Shown: positions 36,892-49,051 of the stretch, one piece after another
How positions within the stretch are numbered: the first letter of the stretch is position 1
Layout of the letters: each line of letters opens with the position of its first letter
Origin: Octopus bimaculoides
Lineage: Eukaryota
Assembly: GCF_001194135.2 (NCBI RefSeq)
Contig: NC_068985.1
Span: forward strand, 9,843,520-9,907,519
Reading direction: 5' to 3'
DNA: 64,000 nucleotides
The notes under the pieces: model-generated
Seen by the model: the letters and a program-made list of their open reading frames with translations, nothing else
Told to the model about the DNA's origin: nothing
Database searches by the model: none
Program-made: the position numbers and the translations under genes

Positions 36892-39855
36892 TTTCAAAGA
36901 ATACGAAGGCATGCTCTAGAGTAAATGGTAAGCTGGTCTTCTAGCAAGTGATAGATATGTGATTAGGGTCCTGTCAGTGAACCTGTTTCTGTTTTCTCTC
37001 AAATTGGTGCTTAGAATGGTTAGTGCTACATCGTAACCGTATCGGGCCATGTTCTTGGCATACTGGGAAAAGCGTGAACAAAATCTCTCTGGATTCCAGG
37101 TGAAACGGTAATAAAAAGCACACAGGAAAAGAAGACAAAATACTAAAAATAGACAACCAATCACATTGCAGCTTTGTGGTCGAGTGTGTTGATGATTCAT
37201 TGTTAATTTGTTAATGGCATCCCCCAGAGCTGTTGTTTACATTTTGCTTTTTATTGAGCAAAAGAATTGCAATGAAACAAGTGTGTGATGAATCAAGCAC
37301 TTCCATCTTGTAAACAAGCAAAACCTAGACTCTTTACAGTTGAGGATATTTATTCTTCAGACAAAGAGTTTACCCTCTCCCAGGCAATGGTAGCTGAGAG
37401 ATAAACCTATTATTGTTATTCTCCTGGGGTTTTTATTGTGTGTGAGAGAGAGGGATTCTGTCCATTAGTTTGTATTCAGCAAATATGGTAGTTGAGAGAA
37501 AAGCCTATTGTTGTTATTAATTTTGTTTTATTCTGTCCATTAGTTTGCTTGCAATTGTTACTCTTGAGTTGTGTGTGCAACTAATTTTTATGGTCGGGAG
37601 CCCAGGTGGAGGATAAAGTTTGACACGGGCACCCAAATCTAAGAGGGTTAAGGTAAAAATTAGTTTCTTTTAGATAGCTTTTATTCTTTAACATCCATTT
37701 TTGGTCCTATCCATTTTTGTCTGTTTTAATTTTTTTTCTTTTGGGTCTGATTTTGACAAGTACCATAGACCAGGAGCTGACCTTCCAGTAAATTGAAAGC
37801 AGTTCAGTTTCAAATTTTGGTTAAAACAATTACCCTTGACTTGCACAGTAAATCATCATCCAGTGTTTTAAATCCGGGTTTTGCCCCTGTTAACAGGGGT
37901 GGCTGGATCTACCTCAAAGCCATAGTAACTGAGGTAGACAGGTGCAGCCCACCCCCAACCTTTGGGCTGGCTGGAGCCCATTCTCCTTTGCTATCATGAG
38001 GCTTTTTTGGAGCTAGATTTTCTATGAGGAGCACGCCTTTGCTTAACTCCAACATCAGTTTCTAGACATGAGTGGTCCCGAGACCAAGGCCTCTACCACG
38101 ATTTTTAAGAAACGTGGTGGAAAACTAGCTCAGGAAGGCAGGGATGCTACTGTCGGGTCCCCGCTACCATAGTCTTTAAGAATATCTCAAATTCTGAAAG
38201 CCTTCTCCTTTTTTCTAAATATCCACCTTTCATTGAAGAATAACCTATATTAAGAGAAATTGGACAGTTGATTATATTTATTGAATTGGTGAGAGGATTA
38301 GATACTTTCCAGTGTTATCATCATTAATATTCGTTTTCCGTGCTGGCATGGTTGGACAGTTTGACTGAAACTGCGCCAGGCACCAGTCATATCTTTTGGC
38401 ATGGTTTCTATGGCTGGATGCCCTTCCTAATGCCAACCACTTTACAGAGTATACTGGGTGCTTTTTATGTGACACTTTTATCTTGAACAATTTGTTATCT
38501 TTGCAGGTAACTTTATTATGCACAGGTAACTTAATTATGGACATGGCAGTATGGTTAAGAAGTTTGTTTAGTAGCCACATGGTCACAGGTTCAGCCTCAT
38601 TGTGCTACACCTTGCACAAGTGTCTTTTACCATAGCTGCAGGTCAACCATTGCCTTATAAGTAATTTGGAAGGCAAACTGTTGACAGCCATCAATGCTCT
38701 GCTTGTTATAACCAGAAATGGTTCTGAAGAAAGTAGCATTAATTTTCTTAGGTTGTTCAATTTTCCTAAATTGATCAATAGACCAATTGAGTAAACTTAT
38801 CAGTAATGTACCTGTAATGGTTACTGGAAACGGCTGTAAGCCAAATTTGGTCCAATAAAGGAAAACTATGTAATGGCCATTATTTTTAACTTTGTTTCTT
38901 ATATACCACTCAGGTAAAAACCAGTTTGTCTGGAGCCCATCTACGGATTTACAATATAGAATTGTGATGAACCCAAACATTGGACTCTACCAAAAGATTA
39001 CAAGATTACCTGAAGTTCTTCTCTAATCTGAATAATATTGTTAGCCTGGTGTGCCAACAGAGAACTTATGAAGTATTTTATCCCAATTGATAATCCCTTG
39101 CTATTTGTTAGAGAGAGAGAGATAAATAGATAGATGGATAGATATGGATATCTATATATGTGTGTATATCTGTGTTTGTCCCCCCACCACCTGACAATCT
39201 CTCGCTTTGTTTAAGGTGACATAACTTAGCAATTTGACGAAAGAGACTGATAAAATAAGTTGCTTTGTTCAGGTGTGGCTGTGTGGTAAGAAGTTTGCTT
39301 CCCAACCACATGATTCTGGGTTCAGTCCTGCTGTGTGGAACCTTGGGCAAATGTCTTTTACTTACAGCCCCAAGTCAACTAAAGCCTTGTGAGTGGATTT
39401 GGTTGATGGAAACTGGAAGAAACTCCATATATATATTTGTGTTTTATCCCTCACCACTTCTTGACAACCAATATTGGTTTGTTTATATCCCATAACCTAG
39501 CGGTTTGGCAAAAGAAACTGATAGAATAAGTACTGGGCTTTAAAAAAATGAAACACTTGAGTCAATTTGCTCAACCCTTGAAAGCTGATCCCAGTATGGC
39601 TGCAGTCCAATGACTGAAATAAAAGATACCCCTAGTAGGTAGTGCTCCAGCTTAGCCACAGTGCAATGGTTGAAAGAGCACTCTTTTTACTAGTCTACAA
39701 ATTTAGAGGAAAATAATACAGGATATGTTATTGAAATAGAATGGTGTATGAAAAGTTAATTTATGCTGTTCAGTGACAAGTGGGATTGGGCTGGATTTGA
39801 ACCGGCAGCATGAGTCTGGCTTCTATGAAAGCTTTCTTTTCCTATCTCTCAATAT

Positions 39856-40070
39856 TCAGGCTGTCCACAAAGTCTGGGTACATAGGGATTAACACATGCT
39901 TTAAGAAATAGTAATTCCTTATATTTAATTGTTTATGTTGTGATTTTATTTACTCCATGAAGCCACATGGAGATTAACACATACTTTAAGAAATTATTAT
40001 TTCTTATATTTAATTGTTTATGTTACGCTCTTATTTATTCCATGTACCCAGACTTTGTGGACACCCTGTA
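39856..40070. mobile_element. Tc1-like MITE with an internal tandem duplication
   Basis: TIRs CAGGCTGTCCACAAAGTCTGGGTACAT / ATGTACCCAGACTTTGTGGACACCCTG; two ~70-bp internal units. Confidence 0.8.
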
Positions 40071-40122
40071 TATAGCTTAATCCTTCCACATTTGGATTAT
40101 TCTATCAAATGTAATACGCATT

Positions 40123-40380
40123 CAGTTCTATATTTAAGAGATGAGGAATTATGTACATTATTTACATTAGACGGATATTTGTCATCTTGTTTGTTGTTAA
40201 CACGACGTTTCGGCTGATACACCCTTCAGCCTTCATCAGGTGAATTGGGGAAATTTTGAAAACCTGGGTTCTCATTCCTAAGGTATTTTTCAATGTTGTT
40301 GTTATTATTAATGTCACTGCCAGGAATCGAACTTGGAATCTTGGGGTTAGTAACACATGCTCTTAACCACTATGCCATAT
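40123..40380 (-). mobile_element. tRNA-headed SINE-like element carrying a hammerhead
   Basis: A box TGGCATAGTGG (40367-40377), B box GTTCGATTCC (40323-40332), AT-rich linker, hammerhead at 40201-40242, conserved tail. Related copies at 16575-16790 and 1735-1836. Confidence 0.75.
40201..40242 (-). ncRNA. Minimal type I hammerhead ribozyme
   Basis: CAC-CUGAUGA-A-GGCUG(aaggguguau)CAGCC-GAAA-CGUC^GUG. Stem III is the ACGU palindrome; GUC cleavage triplet. Confidence 0.7.
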
Positions 40381-42421
40381 GCCTGTGAGCATACGTTGTG
40401 TTAACTACAAATCAGATGAGGACAAATATCTCTCAAATATAAATACTATAATGCACATTGTTTTGAATTAATCATGCATTAATTATCTTTGTAGCTTTGA
40501 GATGTCAGTGATGTGATTGCCTATTTTTAGAATGACATTGTAGATTAGGTGTGAACAGATAGATCCTTCCTAAGTCATATAGATACTTCAGGCTAGATTC
40601 CGTGGCCCATATATTTTCCCCCTGGACAGGACACCAGTCCCATCGCAGGATTATTCATTTTTGCTAGCTGAGCTGACAGGAGAAACAGGAAATAAAGTGT
40701 TTTGCTCAAGAACACAATACGTCACCCAGTCCAGGAATTGAAACCACAATCTTATAATCATGAGTCCAATATCCTTACCACTAAGCCATGTTTGGATATA
40801 AGAACAGGTAGAATATATGGGCCGGTTAACTGAAGTTTTCCTTTGAGAAGTTATCAATTTGTGGAAATGCTTTGTTGAATAATGTTACAGAATGCCATAC
40901 AGGTGAGAAAATTAAGTTACCTGGTTTTGATTTTTAGTTGTATTTGTTTTACTTTAAATATGACTCTAATACCTTAGGAAAGGCTTGAATTTCATTTTTT
41001 TATTATTTACATCTATTCTTGTGCTTAGTAAAGATAAACATTGTTAATTAAACATTAATTGATGCAGCTTATTGCTAATATTTACTGGATCATTTCTTGC
41101 TCAAATGTTTCTTTTGTTTGGGGATAAAGTGGAACCTTGTGTCCAACTAAACTAGAGTTGGTTTCCATTAATAGGAAACCAGATGGACTCTAAAGCATTA
41201 AGCTCCAATTCTCACAAAATAGAAATTTTTAATTCTGGATTTGATTTTTTTTTTTCCTTTCCTGTCATCATCATCCTCATTTAATGTCCACTTTCCATGG
41301 TGGCATGGGTTTGACGGTTTGACTGAGGACTAGTGAGCCACAGGCTGCACCAGGCTCCAATCTGATCTGGCAAAGTTTCTACAGCTGGATGCCCTTCCTA
41401 ACGCCAACCACTCTGAGAGTGTAGTGGATGCTTTTACGTGCCACTGGCACAAGGGCCAGTCAGGTGGTTCTGGCAACAACCACGCTCAAAAGGTTTTTTT
41501 ACGTGCTACCTTCACAGGAGCCAGTCTGGCAGCACTGGCAATGACCACGCTTGAATGTTTTTACGTGCCACCAACACATGTTCCGGTAAGGCGACGCTGG
41601 CAACGATCACGCTCGAATGGTGCTTTTCATGTGTTACTGGTACGGAAGCCAATCTGTGGCCCTGGTAACGATCATGCTCGAATGTGCTTTTAACGTTCCA
41701 CTGGCACGAGTGCCAATCAGGGGCTACTGTCATCAGCCACGCCAGCGATTTTGATTTGTTTACTGTGTGTTAGATAAATACCATATCAATACAGAGAGCT
41801 CTTCAGTTCTCTGTTTTTACACTTTTCTAAAGTGGAAAAACTGTAGAAATTCTTCTTTGACAAATGAAAACTTTTATGTAACCCTTTAGCATTTAAACTG
41901 GCCATATCTGGCCTCTCATGCCTCCCCTACAATATCATTTTAAAAAATTAGCAGTCACATCATTGAAATCTCAAAACTACAAAATAATGTATGATAAAAC
42001 AATGTTTTAACTTAATCATACATTAGGGGTTACGTTTGACAGAATAAACTGAATGCGAAAGGGTTAAATTAGATGCTTTTAAACGATTGGCTGAAAATGT
42101 CAAAATATTACACAAGAGCAGTTTGTTGAAAGAAATGCAATAAAGAGTTGGGAAGTGGATTCTCAGGGTTATTGCCCATATTTTGTAATCAAAGACATTC
42201 CAGCTTTGACTTTCCCCTATTGATTATCCCCTTTTTTTTTTTTTCAGGTAAAATTGTATTGAGCACTGTTTTAATTCAGTCTATCTTGGGTTTATTAAAT
42301 AATATAAATGAAGATTTGGTCTTCTGGTTGAATAAAAAATAAAGGAAAAATAAACATTGAATAAAATATTTTCAGAGAAAAAAAAAATTGATTGGTGTTA
42401 GCAAAATTGAGTTTTTATCTT

Positions 42422-42640
42422 ATTATTACCTTCACCTTCGCTATGGCAGAGGTATTGTTTTCAGTTGTGTTTGTTAGTTTGTCCATGCACAAGATATCTC
42501 AAGAACCGGTTGATGGATTCGGATGAAACTTTCAGGGATATTTATTCTCGTGCCTGGCACAAACTGATTAGATTTTGGGATCGATCCAGTACCAGACAAG
42601 GATTCTGGATTATTTTTATGATTCTTTTTACTTCACATGT
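42422..42640 (+). mobile_element. Possible non-autonomous Helentron/DINE-like element
   Basis: ATTACCTTC..GCAGAGGTATTGTTTTC..GATGGATTCGGATGAAACTTTCAGG, typical of this class by recollection only. Confidence 0.4.
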
Positions 42641-43351
42641 ATATGTGATGTTTCACTTAGTTCTCTTGTACACGCACACACATTTTCAGCGTTGAACATT
42701 ATCATCCCATTTCCGTTGTACACACACACGCATGCAAACATACCCCTCTTTTACACACACATATACTCACATTTCAAACACCGTTTATCGGCTTTTTCAC
42801 TCCTTCCTTCATTATTCATCTATCACCCCTTCCTTTTTCATTCATACAACGCTCTCTTTGCCACTTCGTTTCATCTTTCTCATTGTCATTACTTTCTCTC
42901 AATCATGGCTATTACTCTCACTACTTTTCCTTCACTGTATTAGTATTTCATCTCCTCTCCCTTCACCTCTCACTCAATATATATACATTTGGATTATTTT
43001 TGCATTTGAGAGCAGTTGGGTTCATTTTTAGTAATCTCGTTAGTGAGGCAGTCCAGCTTATTTCAGATACTCTCATTTAAAAAAAATCATCTCCAACTAA
43101 TCATTAGGAGGACATTGGTATTGAGTACAACGAAGGCTTCAAAGCAGTTTTGCTTGAGAAAGTGAGAGGAGAGAAATTGAAGGAAATGTTTGGAGAGAGG
43201 ATAGAAATATCGCCAATACAGGTTTGGTTTGACTAGTTGCCACTTGAGGATTTAATACAGTGTAAATGAAAGTAACTAGAGATTTTAAAAAGTGACTTTT
43301 AAAAGAAAGATACAAAAAGAATAATGAACTGTGTATTAAATGTTATACATA

Positions 43352-43740
43352 AGGAGTGGCTGTGTGGTAAGTGGCTTGCTTACTAACCACATGGTACCGG
43401 GTTTAGTCCCACTGCGTGACACCTTGGGCAAGTGTCTTCTACTATAGCCTCGGGCCGACCAAAGCCATGTGAGTGGATTTGGTAGAAGGAAACTGAAATA
43501 AGCCCGTCATATATATGTGTATATATATATATGTATGTGTGTTTGTGTCTCTCCCCCCCCACCATCACTTGACAACCGATGCTGGTGTGTTTACGTCCCC
43601 GTAACTTAGCGGTTCAGCAAAAAGAGACCGATAGAATAGGTACTAGGCTTACAAAGAATAAGTCCTGGGGTCGATTTTCTCGACTAAAGGCGGTGCTCCA
43701 GCATGGCCGCAGTCAAATAACTGAAACAAGTAAAAGAGTT
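43352..43740 (+). mobile_element. tRNA-derived SINE, family B (head, microsatellite, CR1-like tail)
   Basis: GTGGCTGTGTGGTAAG..GGTTTAGTCCCAC head, (TA/TG)n centre, tail GGTGCTCCAGCATGGCCGCAGTCAAATAACTGAAACAAG. Copies at about 3993-4367, 4597-5370, 13742-14120, 22865-23325, 23610-23985, 34890-35240, 36090-36435, 39272-39625, 46185-46480 and 47395-47780. Confidence 0.8.
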
Positions 43741-44476
43741 AAATGACACAGCCTGCGAGTGGGGGGGGGGAGGTAAGACAGTTCCTTTCCATTTTATCAT
43801 TATATTTCATAATTTCATTCGTTATATGTTTTATGTACCTTCACTGTATTGTGTTATCTGTCCATGTATTGTCCTTTCTTTGTATGAGCCTGTGTGCTTA
43901 AAATAAAGAAACAGGTGTTGAGTTCTCTTGTTAATGTTTTCCAAGAGGACAGAGTATAAGCATTGTTTCTAGCAAAAAGAATAGGACTTTGTGTTTCTTT
44001 TACAACAGAATGTTAAGTGAAGAATAAAAACTACTCACAGTGGGTCTAGGAATTGATTTTGAAACCATGGTTTCATCAATTCAGCTTGGATTAACATGTT
44101 AGATAAATGGATTTTCCTGTCATCCATTTGGAATCAATAAAATACACATAACATGTTTGTACTAGAATCAATTCAATACAATATACATGCTTTTATCTTT
44201 TGCTTGTCTATAACTTCTCTCAAGTACCTCTACATCACTGATCACCATTTTCCATTTTATCCCAAGAATTGATGGAATCATTCTAAATGCTTCAAATGTT
44301 TACGAGAAATAACCCATGTCTCGCTTCCATAAAGCAATGATGGCAGAACAACCCTTTAGCATTCAAACCAGCCATATTTGGCACTAAATATTCTTCTTTG
44401 TTTTATCTTCAACCTCTCACACCTACCCTTCAATGTCATTCTACAAATAACATTTACATCATCAAAATCTCAAAGC

Positions 44477-44845
44477 TATTAGGTTGTCCAGAAAGTTCTG
44501 AGCGTTTTTTAAGATGCAAAAAGGGATATATTTCATGAACTGTACTTTTAGAAACTTCCAACTCCTCCGCAAGTTCTCTAGTCATGATATTTGAGATTTC
44601 TTTGAGTTTTGCCTTCAGAATATCATCCATTTTCAAATACCTTCCACTGCGACTTGTCAACTTCCAAACTAAACTCTCCAGCTTAAAATTTTGCAAACCA
44701 CCTTCGAACAGTTGATTCACTTACAGCATATTCTCCATTAACTTCACAAATATTTTTGCAAGTCTTTGCAGCATTTTCTCCTTTTTTTTTAAATATAAAA
44801 GCATTACAAAGCGAATATGAAATTTTCAGTTATCCATTTCAAATG
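44477..44845 (-). mobile_element. Mariner transposase remnant
   Basis: RSGR..DDILKAKLKE..MTRELAEELEVSKSTVHE (HTH). TIR-like TATTAGGTTGTCCAGAAAGTT. Confidence 0.7.
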
Positions 44846-45791
44846 TCAATAAAGGGTAACCGGAATGAAAGATAAATCTATTTTAGTCAAGAAGAAAGAA
44901 GAGATTCACTACCACTTCAAGCAATGCTAAAACGAATTGCAAGTAATTAACCAATGATGACAAAACAGAACAAACAAATATTAAAAAAAAAACCAATCAG
45001 TTTTGATATGGAATGAATTTATAGTACAATGATAAACAGATGGAAACAGATTTTGTATGAGCCAAACAGTGTGGGTTTCTCATTCACCGATGACATTTGC
45101 TGCCAACAGGAGGTTGTGAAGAGCTTGCATAACAAGAGAGGTAACTCGTCACATTTTTTTTGTTTTTGTTCACATTAAAAGGTTATTTAGAAAAGTAATT
45201 ACATAAAGAGCAATATAATATATATATTTTAACTCACTACTATTTCTGTTGCATTAATATCTAGAAGTGTTTTTTTTTAAAATTGAACTAAAACCAGTTA
45301 AAAGATGAAACATTAAAAAAAAAAACAAACGAGAATTTAAGGAAATTTGAGCTAATTTCCATCAACAACAAAATAAAAGTTAATACAATAAGAAATGGTA
45401 TTTCCTTGTGATATACAAACTTATTTTATGATTTCTGAAATCAAATTGGAGAAATACTAATAACTTAATTTATTTTAAAAAGAATCTAATTGTAAGAAGA
45501 ACTAGAATAACCTAACCCTAATAGATGGAGCAATTGTAGAGGAATTATTTGTATAAAAGTATCCAGAAGAGAAAAAAAATGTAAATTCTCCATTGAATCT
45601 ACTTATTTATTTACCTCCATTTGAAGAGTTAGAAGTTAGTGGCAGAGTTACCTCTCTTATGGACATGACCCTATGAGGATTTGAAGATTTTTTCCTCCCT
45701 CCCAGTTGCTTGAAAGAAGCAAATATTCCCCTCTCCCCAGCCCTGTGGTGTATATATTTTGTTGATGAATGCAGCTGAAGGAAAGTTTTCT

Positions 45792-45843
45792 TCATACAGC
45801 AGAGCCATTTCCTTGGTGGAGTGTTTTTATCAATCTGAGTAAC
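45792..45843 (-). CDS. INTS15: INTS15 terminal coding exon (LLRLIKTLHQGNGSAV*)
   Basis: Acceptor TTTTTCCTTTGTAG, phase 2, TGA at 45792-45794. Aligns to human LLQLVISG. Confidence 0.78.
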
Positions 45844-48800
45844 CTACAAAGGAAAAAGAAAGGAACATTAAATCATGAATCAAACAAAACCAAAAACGTA
45901 ATTAAATACTTGAACCTAATCATAACTGCACAAGTATTAGAGATCTAAATAAACTAGCAACTGAGTCATATATATGATGGATATATTATTAAATATTTTT
46001 TGTATGCATTATCATCATCATCATCGTTTAACGTCTGCTTTCCATGCTAGCATGGGTTGGACAATTTGACTGAGGACTGGCAAACTGAATGGCTGCACCA
46101 AGCTCCAATCTGATCTAGCAGAGTTTCTACAGCTGGATGCCCTTCCTAACGCCAGCCACTCAGAGAGTGTAGTGGTTGCTTTTTACGCCTAGTACTTATT
46201 CTATCAGTCTCTTTTGCCGAACCGCTATGTTACAGGGACGTAAACACCACCATCGGTTGTCAAGTGATGTTGGGGGGGGGGGGACAAATACAGACACACA
46301 CGCACATATATATATATATATACGACGGGCTTCTTTCAGTTTCCATCTACCAAATCCACTCACAAGGCTTTGGTCGGCCCGAGGCTATAGGAGAAGACAC
46401 TTGCCCAAGGTGCCACGCAGTGGGACTGAACCCGGAACCATGTGGCTGGTAAGCAAGCTACTTACCACACAGCCACTCCTGCACCTTATTAGCAAATAAT
46501 AATAATAATAATAATGTAATTACGCATAAAGAAACCTGAGAATGCTTTTTATGTATGAAACTGATGCAAGGAGGAATTTCATTGAACAAAAGTTATGCAA
46601 GTTATAAAGAAGGGTCTTACCTATTTGCTGGCAAAAGTTGCAAGATTTCACAAAGTTGTGCTGAAAAATAAATATACATCTATGAATACATATTTTCTCA
46701 ATTTGAAACACACACAAATATATTAGCATCATCATCAACATCATCAATTTAATGTTCATTTTTCCATGCTTGCATGGATCAGATCAAGTTCGTTGAGGCA
46801 GGTTTTCCATGGTTAGATGCCTTTCCTGTCACCAACCCTCGCCTGTTTCCAAGGAAAGTAAGATTTCTTCTTTCCTTGGCCAGGCATAGTTATGCAGAAC
46901 ATTGTAAATATATGACACTGCTTGTATGACAGTGGTGATCATTTACAACTACCACACATTGTCAAGACAAAGAGACACAAAGACTCTCACCCACACATAC
47001 ATGTATGTGCGCACATATACTTATATACACACACACACGTACACAAGACAAATGAGCTTCTTTCTGTTTCCATCTACCAAAACCCCACACAAGGCTTCGG
47101 TTGGCCTGGGGCTACAGTAGAGGACACTTGCCCAAAACACCACAGAGTCAAACTGAATTGGAACCATGTCCTTGCAGAGCAAACTTCTAGACACGCCTCT
47201 AGTGCCCTCCCCAGGAACCTATCGTCTTTATCTTGTCACCCATCTGCCATTGCTACCCACATTCGTCCTGACACCACCCCTACATATCTCTGCCTTTTCC
47301 CTTCATCATACCCTTGTTTCTTCCACCTCTGAAACCATTCTGGACCTTCTGATGCCTTTGTTCTCTCTCTCTCTCTCAAATACCCATTTACTCTTTTACT
47401 TGTTTCAGTCATTTGACTGTGGCCATGCTGGAGCACTGCCTTTAGTCAAGCAAATCGGCCCCAGGACTTATTCTTTGTAAGCCTAGTACTTATTCTATCG
47501 GTGTCTCTTGCCGAACCGCCAAGTTACGGGGACCTAAACACACCAGCATTGTCAAGCAATGTTGGGGGGAACAGACAGACACACAAACATACACACACAC
47601 ATATATATATACATATATACGACGGGCTTCTTTCAGTTTCCGTCTACCAAATTCACTCACAAGGCTTTGGTCGGCCTGAGGTTAAAATAGAAGACACCAG
47701 CCCAAGGTGCCACGCAGTGGGACTGAACCCGGAAACATGTGGTTGGTAAGCAAGCTACTTACCACACAGCCACTCCTATGCCTTTTCTGGTCTTTTTTGT
47801 CATCATTGTTGCCTCTGCTGTTTAGAATGTAAAGCTGTTTGCTGTACAAGCAGAGAAATTGCAATGTTGTGAGGTGTGTGTAACTCTGTCTCATTGAGGA
47901 TTATTCAACCTCCCAAGAATTATTGATATGAGAAAATGTGCCCAGTACACACTAATATAAAGTGGTTGACATTAGGAAGAGCATTTAGTCAGAAAACGAA
48001 CAGAAAATGAAGGCAGCGAGCTGGCAGAAATGTCAGCACACAGGGCGAAATGCTTAGCGGCATTTCATCTGCCGTTACATTCTGAGTTCAAATTCTGCCG
48101 AAGTCGACTTTGCCTTTCATCCTTTCAGGGTCAATAAATTAAGTACCAGTTATGCACCGGCGTCGATGGAATCGACTTAATCCCTTTGTCTGTCCTTGTT
48201 TGTCCCCTCTATGTTTAGCCCCTTGTGGACAATAAAGAAATACGAAATGTTAGTAAGCTGGGCGAAATGCTTAGTGGTATTTCGTCTGTTTTTATGTTCC
48301 GAGTCCAAATTCCCCCGAGGTCGACTTTGCGTTTCATCCTTTCGGGTTCAATAAATTAAGTACCAGTTACGCACTGGGGTCAATGTAATCGACTTAATCT
48401 CTTTGTCTTGTCCTTGTTTGTCCCCTCTATGTTTAGCCCCTTGTGGGCAATAAAGAAATAAGAAAATGAACACTTTGATTTTGAGAGTAGCAGCTCCTTA
48501 GTAGCACTATGATATCCCATCCAATCCATACCAGCAGGAAAAGTGGATGTAAAATGCTTTTATATATACCAATAATTTAAACTGTGGAAAAGAGAAATCA
48601 AATCAATGTTACGTACGTTTCAGTTAATGAACGCCATTTATTTGATAAGTGATTTCTGAAGAAGTGAATGAATACTGAATCTACTTAATGAATTACATAA
48701 CTTTCAATGCAATAGGAAATAAATTACGTTAATTCACCGAAACATATGTAGCATTGATATGACTTATCTTTTCTGTAATTAAAATTATTATTCTTAACTC

Positions 48801-48990
48801 TGTGAGCATTATAACATATTGTTTGATATACTTGCTTTGGATTGGTGGAGTACTCCTTTAATAATTGACCTAAGTGTAACGAATCATATTTTGGTGAATT
48901 TAACCTTTACACTAATATACAAACACTATACAAGCTAGGATCCTGCTTGAAGTGCTACCAAAGGATGACCTGGATTTTACTTATGCCTTC

Positions 48991-49051
<61 letters not shown>

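Noticed and set aside
41420-41750. CRISPR-like repeat/spacer appearance of the ~58-bp arrays
   Set aside because: Units are degenerate tandem copies without unique spacers, there are no cas genes, and the context is a eukaryotic retroelement.
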